In this document: one piece after another, positions 15,101 to 27,100 of the stretch
Layout: the number at the start of each line of letters is the position of its first letter
Position numbering within the stretch: position 1 is the stretch's first letter
Assembly: GCF_964355755.1 (NCBI RefSeq)
Contig: NC_092675.1
Location: 26,446,912 to 26,510,911, forward strand
Direction of reading: 5' to 3'
Origin: Antedon mediterranea
Taxonomy: Eukaryota; Animalia; Echinodermata
Length of the DNA stretch: 64,000 nt
Notes under the pieces: model-generated
What the model was told of the DNA's origin: nothing
The model's input: the letters and a program-made list of their open reading frames with translations, nothing else
Databases searched by the model: none
Made by a program: the position numbers and the translations under genes

Positions 15101-18100
15101 ATGGAAAGTGAAGCACTAGCTAGTCGCGTCATTGAGGTAGGCCCATCAGGGGCCCAGTTCCTCGGGTTAGTATTCCTATACTTATTTATACTATACTCCT
15201 ATTTTCAAAGCAATATAAATACCTTATTATAGTATTCACCTTCATCCTAAAAATAGTTTAATTGATATTATTCATCATGTATATTGTTCTCATGTCACCA
15301 ATTAAAATTAATATATTATTAATCATCACGTAGTCACAAAGTTTTTCTTTGCTTCATATTCAATGGCTCAATTTATAAGAGTTTTCTCGTAAATATTGTG
15401 TACAATACTTTCTCTTTTTAAATAATTCAACTTATGAAGAAACTTTATTGATTAATGTATACCTGTATGTCTATGTATGTCTACAAATCTCTGTAAAAGA
15501 CACATGGAGGTAAACCTTTTTTATAATTGTGTTGACGCAGCGGATTGGGGAATAAACAACTGACTTATCCCCCACTGAGCGATGGAGAATCGCTCGTCAG
15601 TCGCATCCTTGAGATGGGCCCAGTGTGCGAGAAGTTCTTAGGGTATGTTTGATGGCGAGCAGCATGGACCTTCACAATTTTATATATTCTGTGGATTATG
15701 GTTCCTTGAATTTTCTTTTGATACTTTCTTTTAGTGATTTGTTTTCATTCCAGTGGTGTAAAAATGTTCTCACTAAGTAATGTGCTCACTAATCAAATGG
15801 CAATAAAATTCATTATTTTAACCATTCTCAAAATAATGAACATTTTGATAAGTTTTACCATTTCTGGTTCTTAACACTCACCCGATAGATCACATTTAAA
15901 GAAACATTTTACCATTGAAATTATCATCATTATCACAGTACTGCATTATCACATAATTTATAGATACATGATCACATCATTGAACAATTATCATTTTCAC
16001 CATCACACCAAATGGTTAATTTTGTTTGTAATTAAATGGCAATAAAATACATTATTCTGACCATTCTCAAAATAATGAAAATTTTTATATGTTTTACCAT
16101 TTCTGGTTCGTAACACCAACCGATAGATCACATTTAAATAAACATTTTCCCATTGAAGTTATCATTATCACAAAATTTATAGATACATGATCACACCATG
16201 GTCCTGGAGGAATTATTTAGGAATAATTCCTCCATAATCTCACTGTCACCAAATGGTTAATTTTGTACGTATTTGTCACTGTCATGTTTACATTACTGTA
16301 CCATTATTGTTGAGATCATCTATTATACCAAAGTTCTGTACTATACCTTGTACTATAATCAAATAAACCCCTGATTTTATGTATTATATATTTTTATAGC
16401 ATTTTTATATTGATTTTTTTTTTCAGCATGTGTTTTTGTCAATTTCCTTCACCTTGTTTTGTGTATAATTGTTTCTATGGTTTCAAATCTAATGTATTTG
16501 ATTATAAAAAGTCCCTCAACAAAATATTTTTCTTTCTTTCTAGTGAATATATTTTTTTTCATTTACAAACTAATGCAACTTGTAATTTGTAATACTGTTC
16601 TTTCTTTTCCATTTTAAATCTTGTGATTTTAACTATCATGTCGTACATTAAGTGGAAGTGATCAGCACTGGGAATAATTGTTTAAGTCACAAACTTGTTC
16701 CTATTTTCTTAAAGTAGCCATCTTTGGAATGTTGTTGGAACAATTTTAATATTTTTGTTCTGTAAAAATTGTTATTCACTTTTTTGTGTTTAAATATGAA
16801 TGCAAACAACACTAAATATTGTATTACTATTTTTATCATTTGTACTATTATTTTTATATAATATAATATAAATGATTGAGTTTTTTAGACAATAATGTTG
16901 TTTTGATGTTTAATAGACCAGTACTGCTGGAAGTGCCGCATTTTGCTTCGCTGAGGAACGGTGAACGCGAGATTGTTGTGTTGCGTAGCGATACCGGAGA
17001 TACTTGGAAGGAACACTCTCTCAATTCTACAGAAGAAGAGGTTGCTAAGGCATTGGATGGTTACAAAGGCGATGGTATGGCAAACGCATATTTCCTTTTT
17101 GTTCTTTGTTTAGTCTACCTAATCTGTACCAACCACATGATAATAAGATAAGATAAATCTTTATTGTCATGACCACAACAAGGCGAACATGAAATTTGTT
17201 TTCCTTGATGCTTAAATTACACACACAATACAGAAAAATATAACACTTAACAAAGTTAACAATGGTCTTTAAGTTTTCATTACACAAGTTAGCTTCAATA
17301 ATTATTTTAAAATTAATTTTTGTTTTCTTCTGCAGACAACAACATTGGTAATGAAAGAGTGTGCCGCATTTTGACAAAGGATTTCCCACAATACTTTGCC
17401 ATCATTTCAAGAATTCACCAAGAGACCAATTCGATCGGAACAAACGGTGGTGAATTGAAATCTGCAGTTGAACCAAACGTCACCGCAAGCTTCCCTATGG
17501 GTACACTTACTAAGAAAATTAAAGTTGGTCTACAGGTAATAAATTGCATTTTCTTATTAAAAAGAAAACCCTAAAATAAAGGTAGTTGATCCAAATGTAT
17601 TTATTCCAATTTCAATCACACTAATTTGGAATCATCAACTGAAGGTGTCCTTTTAGCCTTCTCCCCAGAAAAATACAAATACATATTTGAACCTGTGCAA
17701 AAATACTTGTTGACTGCAAGCTTTTAGACTTTTAACCTTTCACCTTTGTTTACAGGTTCAACCAGTTCCACATGAGGTCGTAAAGAAGGTACTAGGTAAC
17801 CGTGTTATGGTTAGTCCTATAGTGACCATTGAACCAAGACGCCGCAAATTCCACAAGCCAATCACTGTCACAATTCCTGTGCCTACCGCTTACAACCAAG
17901 GCATGATCAATGGCTATGGAAGTGATTCTCCAACTCTCCGTCTATTGTGCAGTATCACAGGTATAGAAATTACAACTTTTGCAGTGAGGATACCTGTCTA
18001 CAAGCCTACAGCTCTGTCTACACTATCAAACTAGTGATATGCCCAAATATGACAGTGATATGTTGTCATCGTCTCCATATATGGACAAATCACATTTTGT

Positions 18101-21100
18101 TGTCACATAAAATTTGGTAATTGTAGACAGAGCTTAAGAAATAATGTCCCTTGTACCCTGAATAGACCCTTCAAATAGGAGTTAGTCAAAGTGTTTAAAC
18201 GTAAAATACATTTTTTTTCTTTATTGTCCCCTAAATACGGGTGTTTTATTGTGTTAACATTTTGCTAAATTCTCCATTGCACCTATGAATCATAATGTTT
18301 TTCATCCAGATGGCACATTAAGAATGTAAATTTTTATTCCAGGTGGTACAGCACCTGCCCAATGGGAAGACATTACAGGTTCCACACCTCTTTCATTCTC
18401 ACAAGACTGCTGCGTGTCATTCACAACCACAGTATCAGCCAGGTTAGTGTTCCAAATTATTTACACAACACACATTTTTTGATAATTGAGTAGCTATAAA
18501 TGCATGTGGATGCTAATAAAAGAATAATTTAAATCACTATATTTAAGTATTACTATTTGGTGACTTTAAGATTGTGTTTATGTAGAGTATATATAGAACG
18601 ATAATTAATGATGGTTAATGATATTTTTTTATCTTAGATTCTGGTTAATGGATTGCAAAGAGATCGATCAGGCAAGCACCTTTTCAAGAGAGTTGTATCA
18701 AGAACTTCGATCTGTCCCGTTCTTGAGTCGCTTTGCTATCTTCGCAAAGACCCACGACCCCATAGAATCACGTGTACGAGTTTTCTGTTCAACAGACGAC
18801 AGAATCGACAGAGGACATTTTGAAAATCAAGAACACTTCACAGAAGTAGCAAGAAGCAAAGAAGTGGAGGTTAGTGTTAATACCGCTTTGTATGATTGAA
18901 GAATAATTACTAATTATATTTGATAGTGTGATGGCAACATATTAAAAGTAATATTATAAGTGTACTGTTTTTTCACCTATTTCATTTCATATATTTTGTC
19001 TCAAATAGATACATATAAGCAGAATATATCAAAGACATGAATAGTGAACTTAATTACTATATCAGGTCTCCAAATGCACTTGTTGAAGAATATTAAGAAT
19101 AAAAAAATTTGCAACTGTATACACATTGAAAAATCAATCAATTTCAACATTGTTTTTTCAGATCTTGGAAGGCCGTCCAGTTTACATTGAACTGGCTGGT
19201 AACCTCTTATCTGTACAGAAGTCAGGTGACCAACTTAGCATGCCCTTCCTCGCTTTCCAAGACAACCGATTGACATTCTTCGTCCGTGTACGAGATCAAT
19301 CCCAAGAAGCGTGCGGCCGTCTTTCTTTCATGCGAGAACCTAAAGTTACAAAAGGAATGCCACCACAAAAAGCTGTGTGCAACCTGAACGTAACGATGCC
19401 AGAATATGTTAAGGTAAGGAATGTTTAAATCTTATATATTTGCATAATACTTAATATAAAAAAATATTATGATTATCTAAATTAACATTCATTACATTTA
19501 TTTGAGTTAAATTATTCATAACTAATATTGTGATTGTTAATTATTTATATTGTTTTATTAAACTAAAGAATAATTTAACAGAAATACTGAAACTTTTTCA
19601 GATTTTTTTTCATTTAGTTCCAATTACATGCACTATTTTTTAAGTATAAAATGGCACAGAATATATTATTTATTTGACACTTAATATGGATAAAATATAC
19701 ATTTTTGTATACAAATTTATCATCATTCACAAACATTGCTTTATGCTCACAATGAGGGCGTACTTCATCTGCGAATTCTATGCTTACAAGTAGTGATACA
19801 CATAGATGCTGCTAGTACATATTCTTCGCACATTTTTACTTTTGACTGTTTATCAGAAATACTTTATTTAGACCCTCTTTTGTTTGATTGTTTCTATACT
19901 AAAGATGTTATATTTACTCTTTATTTAATAAATTGCACTAACTTTTTGAGGTTTTATAAGTTCCTGTTGTCTTATGAAAATTGGTAGCTTTTGCTTTGCG
20001 ACGACCTATGACTTTTGACCTACACATATTGTGTCATCGTGTCAACATGATCCTCGAATCCACAACATCTGCGTCGAGGAATGGAGTGAGAAAGTGTCCC
20101 CACATGCGCATATTAATTAATAGCAAAGCAAAAGCATCCTAAACAAAATTTTCATTGATATGACCTATGACCTCAAAGGGTTAAAGGAAAAACTTGGGAT
20201 TGTCAAAATCTATTCTTTTTCTATTGCTAATATTATAACAAAGTTATTTATCTTTCTAATTAATTGTGAACTATTTCTTCTTAACCTTTGCATCCTTCTG
20301 ACTATTGAAGGTCAAAAAAGAAAGTGAATCAGATTCTGAATACAGTGAGGACGAAGAGGTTTGTGTACTTAATGTCAGAGGTCACACTCAGACTATGAAT
20401 GATCTGTTTTTCTGTGTGTTTATGTACAGTTTTGATTTCAATTTATGTTGCCTAAAATTCCACATCTGTTGCATGGATTTTTCATGATGTGAATATGTTT
20501 GAAATGTTCTTCTTTTTTTTGTTTGAAGTAAATATTGTTAACTGATTAAAGTTCAGTGAACTTTCTGTTAGTGACTAGTTAATAATGAATAATTGTTTAT
20601 GGCACCTATTTTTCTTATTTTTATGTATAAATAAAGATATACATACACCATACCATACAAATGTCTACACTGAGTAAATACAGTGTTCCATGTAGGGATA
20701 TAAATCGTTACAGAAAAATAAACGTAGATGATAGCATAGGAGGAATAATTGTTCAGTGTAGTAGTTTCTTTTTTTTGCTTTTGTAAATACATAGGCTTAT
20801 ACATTTCCACAAGTGTGATGTGCTTATATAGCTAGTTACTATATTGCACATCACTAGTATCCACAAGTTATTTAAATATATTGTTGAAATTTTACTTCCC
20901 CATTTCCTGTGTCTTAATCCACTTTGCATGCATCTGCACAGTTTTAACGATCCAACAAATTTTATATTTCCCTATTTTCCCCGTTTTTTTTGCTTTCCCT
21001 ATGTTTAATATTTGTTGATTACTTTATTACTTGTCAATTTGTAAAACACGATGATAAATACAAATGTTATTGTTAAGAGATACACCGGATGATTTATATT

Positions 21101-24100
21101 ATATTGGATGTTTAAGGCCTATAATAACCCAACGAAACTTTCCATCCAAACATCCTGGTGCTCTGATGATAATTCAATAATGCTGGTAGCAGCAGCGGTG
21201 GTGGTTTTAGCAAGGATGGTGGTTGGTGAAATCGTTACCTAATTATTACCTTATTTCTTTCAAATTTGTTTCTAAAATTAGTTAGTTAAATGTATTTTTT
21301 AATATATTTTAGTATTTTATTTGTCTGCGTAGTGTTATCTTGGAAACTAACCCGAGTTTTTTAATCATTTTCTTTGCCGTTCCATTAACACAGGAATACA
21401 GAATGGAGAAGGGCGAGGTAACCTACTTTTAATTTTAACACTTTTTGGTTTTGTCTTTATGTTTTGTATTTATTTTATGTTATGAACTAACTGTTTAACA
21501 AATAATATTACAATTGTTTAAATATGTAAATATTTTACACAATTTGTTAATGGTATATTTTGCAAATATATTAAGAATAATTTTGGAAATTTCACTAGCT
21601 AAATACACATAAAATAAGTAAACATAATGTGAGCACAGTTTATAGCAGATAGTTAAAATAGTCATGCACAATAAATAATTTTTCAACATGCAGCTAATAG
21701 TGTGAAAAACTAATAATTAAATCCGTAAACTGTTTAAATGAAATCTCTTATTTATGTAAAGTCTCTATTTGTTTGTTACATCACATTGTACTCTCTGAAA
21801 ATCAGTTTTAAATATTATTTTCGAAGATTATGATTATTATATATTTCATTTACATTTGTATTCTAATTAGTGCTTGAAATCATATTTTATGTTAAAAATT
21901 AATGTTTTTATTTTGCGCACCATTCCAATGATCACAAAGTATTCAACGGTCTTTTCAAATTTTTCCTCTCCAAACTCCTTACAGAGGGAGCTATTCGAAG
22001 AGGTAACTGTTTGCTGCAACGTTAATTTAGTATGCAGTGTGTGTATTTATGTGTTCACCCCAAAGTTCTTAGTTTTACAAAGATTTGCATTTACCATTTG
22101 TCTTGTAACTTCAACGGCAACCGCAGCTTGTGTATACCTTGTCCATATATGAACCTACTCTCAAAGACAGCCTTGTTGTAGATGACTTTATTTTGATTGG
22201 AATTTGGAGAAATATCTGCTTATTGTAAATTAAAAGACACTCTCTGTTTCTACACTGTTATCAGTTAACGTTAGATGTCTCAAATTGCTTTTATGTTTCT
22301 GAATGTTGTAAAAACTAACCTTTCAACCTTATGCTTATTGACAAACCATGTTTGTTGTTTTAGCAGTTCTATTTTTTGTGTTTCAATTTTTGTAAACAAA
22401 AATGACACATGATTTCATTTATAAGTAAAATTTACACAATTTTATTTCTATTTAGTTTATGTAATTTTTGTATAGTCCGAGGATTCAGCATAACTCTAAC
22501 CAGCTTAAACCAAACCTTTTTTTTAATTTAACTATTATTTATTTACTATATTACTCATCTTAGAATTCCTAGAGAGTGTCTCATTGGAATGGCTGTAACA
22601 ACTTCATTATTATTTTTTGTCGCTTATATTTAGGATGTTGTATGTATTTATAGATTTATAATTCCACATTACTGCGAAATTATATAGTTTTGTTTTATTC
22701 CATTATTCTTTGCATCCAGCTTGTTATAATGCCATTATATTCCATGTCATTGAGGACTTGCATGATGATCATTCATGTCTGGTGTATCTTATTTCTTGTA
22801 TAGACTTTTCTCTCTAGTATAATATCTCTTTTCTTTGCTATTCTGCTTAACAGAAGGAACGATTAGGAGTTTTATCCCAGGTACGATATTATGTTTATTA
22901 ATTTGTAGTAATTCAGAAAAAGTTAATCTAGTTTTATTGTTTTCATGTGTATTTCTTGAATTAAATTAATTCAATATAATTAATTAGCTCCCCTCAAGTA
23001 AAGGATTAATGCTGATATATATGATCCTCTTTTTTCATTAAGGATTTAGCTTTTTTATTATTTATGTTTTAGTTTTTTAGGCTAGTTAGGGACATAGGGG
23101 GACACAACTAATCAAGCTCTTTTGAGTTTTTATGTGTTTCCTTTTCATCTTTTTTATGTTCTCATATATTGTTGTTGTATATTTTCATGATAGAGGATGA
23201 ATAAAGAATATTTGAATTTGAATTTGAAACATTTTTACAAAGACTTGTTAGGAATTTATGCAATTTTTTGCTAGGATGAGAATATTATTACTGTATATAA
23301 AACAGACTTTATATTTAGTAATTTTTATTTGTGTAAATAAACAGCGAAACATTTATACTATCACTCAAGTGGATGAGAGTGATGAGTTTCTCAATCAGGT
23401 AAAACATGAAATACATGTGGTTCAGTTTGGTAGCTTTGTGACAGTAAACCACAGTGTTGCAAGCAAAACATACTTTTACAACCCACCCTATACTTTTGGA
23501 ATGAGTTTATACCTAGTTCTTGCTCTAACCAGTTTTTTTTAAAGTTATTTTCTTTTTTTGAAACATAAACAGACAATTATTTCTACAAAATTTACTAATC
23601 AAATAATATTTATTGTACTATATTCTATATACGGTATATTATAATTATTTCAGTATGGTAATATTTTATTACAGTATAATCTTAATATTTTTAATATAAT
23701 TGTAATAATATTATTGCATATTTTTCAATCACTACTGATAATTAAATTCATAAAATCATTTTCATTAATGTGCTGCAGCAATATTTATTTTCACTCAATT
23801 TCAATTATGGTTGATAGTTAATACAATATCAATTTATTTTACATATTACTGACTTTTATATAAAAAAAAACAATAATAATAATGATTATTGATGTTTATT
23901 TATTTGTAATCGGAAACATAACAAACAAAATTACTAATCAATTTGTTGTGTTGTGCTATAATACTTGCTTATTATCTTTGTGTCAATGTGTGCGCTTCTG
24001 TCCAGTAAAAAAAAATCACCTGTTTATAATGCAACAAACAAAATCAAAAGATTTAGCATTACTGTACCAGATTTATTTTGCACTTCTTGTTTTACATTTT

Positions 24101-27100
24101 ACTTAGTACAGTATAACCTCTCATTTTGAAAATTAAGGGGACACCTCGTGCAACAAATAAAGAAAACACTAGCACAGCATCCAACCACTGCCTATTGAGG
24201 TGACATCCCTATTATGTATTTGGTCCTGAAGGTGTCCCCTTAATAGAGCTTTTACTGTATTTGTATAAGATTATTAGTAGTTTCCTTCCCCACTTGAAAA
24301 AAAATAAAAATGTGCAGGATTAAAATATGATCGTTTGGTCTGTAAACACGTAAATGATTTTGCATGAAAGTTACTCCTGTTTGTTTGGTTTGGGTGTATA
24401 TACCACACGATGGCTACTTAATTAACTAACTGGAAGTACCATATATGACCGAGTATAATTCCGTGCCCAAATGTAATCCCACCCCTTAATTTTAGGCTTA
24501 TTCCAGACACTTTGTTAAATCCATTATTAATGCAATAGAGTATATAACCCTCTAATTTTTGGCAAAATTACACAGTATTACCAATTATTATGTTCAGTAT
24601 TCAAATTTATGCAAAAACCAAATTTAGCTTAAACTGTTTCAGAAACCTCTATGAGGCTATCTTTATGTCATCCTGAACTGATCGTAATATACAATAGTTT
24701 GTTTTGAATGTTATAATATGAAATGTTTTTTTTTTTTAGGATGCTAGTGCTCAAAATCTTAACTTTGCTTCAATAACAGTAAGGAAAAAGTATACATTTT
24801 TACAAGACCCTGTCATGAGTAAGTTATTATTTTATTTCTATATATCACAAATTAGTTACTCTAAACATTAATTGGTTGTCGACAAAGTACAATTGTCACA
24901 AATATTAGAAATTGTATCATCATCATCATCCGCTATTCGTCTTGGATAGACATTGCGTACGCTAATCGTTTCCATGACTCTCTTTCTTTGCGATCGAAAT
25001 TGTACTTGAAAAGGTGTTAAATTATTTCTTGCAATTACAGGTCCTACAAGTGCACATATGAGGGCTGAACTTCGACTCATGGACATTGCACGACAAATTG
25101 GAACAGATTGGCAAAGACTTGGTAGAGAACTTAAAATATTAGAAAAAGACCTGCATACTATTGAAAATGAGAACGATGTCATTTCTGAACAGGCATTTGT
25201 TATGCTTCATACATGGTCAGAAAAAGCAGGACCAGATGCAACAAGTAAGATAGTCTTATTATGGTGTTTCCTATTCCTAGAATCCTTAGTATTAGGAGAC
25301 AACTTCAGAACACCTTCCTTGATAGGGGGCTCCCCTGAATTGTGGTTGGCCTTTACCGGTAATTATTTACATATTTTTCTTTCTTTTTCGATCAATTGTC
25401 CCCTAAATAGTGTTGTCCCAAATAAGGGGTTCTACTTTATAGAAATATTCTAATAGCCTTCAGGCCTAACAATCTTCGGGCGTTTTCTCAGAGAATAATA
25501 ATTGCTTCAGTTCTATTATATTGTATTATCTGAAAACCTTTACTAAGGGCCTGTTTCCCACTGATTGATAACCACCACCGATTTCTTGACAGCAGAAATT
25601 TGATAAAATAATATGTTAAATGGTATTGGTTGAACCAGTTATCTGCAGCACAAAGTTATGTGACACTGACAGTGGTATTATTAATTAATTATTATTAATG
25701 TGATTGAAACTATTTTATTTTAGGTGAGCGATTAGAAGCTGCATTGCAAGCCATCGGCCATGGTGAAATTGCTGAGGAATGCTTAGGAGATCTTCTATCA
25801 CTTGATGTAACAATTGAACAAGAGGAAGAAAAGGAAAAGAGTTCCCCTGGGGAAGAAGTGGAAACAAGTGAGTTCAATTCAAATTATTTGCCTTTATCAA
25901 ACTGCCAAGTTTGCCATTCTGCAATTTATATCCAGTTGTGCTGAACAAATAATTGCCGGTCATTGGAGATTCGTGTTAACCTTCTTAAAAGGAAAATGAA
26001 AATAAAAAATTTCTACCATCTCACTTATTTATTAAACCTCTTCCTAATTAGCCTTTTGGTTTTAACTTTTTCTTATTCTGATGAAGAGTGCATTTGCATC
26101 AGAAATTCTTTAATCTGAAAATGTTTTTGTTATCATTTCAGGTAACTTTGAAATGGAAAACAACATTGGACATGACGACATGCCTGGGGTAAATGAACAC
26201 CCCCTTACACCTACCTTCAATTAAGATTCTAAATCTGATTGTGTTGAGTTTTCTAGTCTTGCATGTTGTCAAGTTCTTCATGTAAAAATCATTTTAAAGA
26301 AAACAAAAAATGTTTTTGTTGTGTTTAAAATACAGCTAATGTGAATTTATTGTTTTGTAACTTGTTTCGTGATTTGTCAGTTGATGCCGAGATAACGTCC
26401 AAATTCCTTCATGCTAATGAACCTTAAATTAATAAAAAATAATTAGCATGCTGTGTGGTCAGAAATGTGTGGTATGCAGATATTGTAGTGTGACGAGCAG
26501 GTTTGTTGAATGTTTTGATGCAGAAGATTGTGTGCTAGAGAAAATCGAATGAAAGGGCGAATACCAGCATAACCTCCCTCCCACTGTCCTCTTCTATACC
26601 CTCTCAATACAAATCATTATTAAGAAAGTCTGATAGTTAATACATTTTTTTTTCTCCATATTTTTTACACTAATTTCATAATTGAATTGTTTACACTTTT
26701 ATTTTATTAACAAATCTCTTACAATTTTGCACTTCTAAACAGCTACTACTCTAGCAACTATCAATAATTTGTCTTTGATTGCATCTCTGTTTTAAGACAA
26801 GTTGGTGATTTCTACTCTTTTATCTGTGTTATACCTGCCTGTCCTTTCTGTAAACTAATATCTATCTTTTTGTTTATTTTGATAAATCTATAGTAAATCA
26901 TATCTCTCATTGCTAACCAGTATTTTAAAACAAAATCTTCGCTCATGAATGTATGTACTAGGTAGAGGTGGGCAAACCCACCCTACTATCTAGTAATAAT
27001 GTATTCTATCCAGTCTAACTTCAACCACAAAACGAAGCTGTTTCCGACCCACCCACCCTTAACTTGTTGTCACCAACCTTCTCTAACATCCCTGTAATCT

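Noticed and set aside
24778-24784. Alternative donor ACA|gtaagg inside the pre-death-domain exon
   Set aside because: Phase 0 would not match the phase-1 death-domain acceptor and would cut the conserved RKKY motif.
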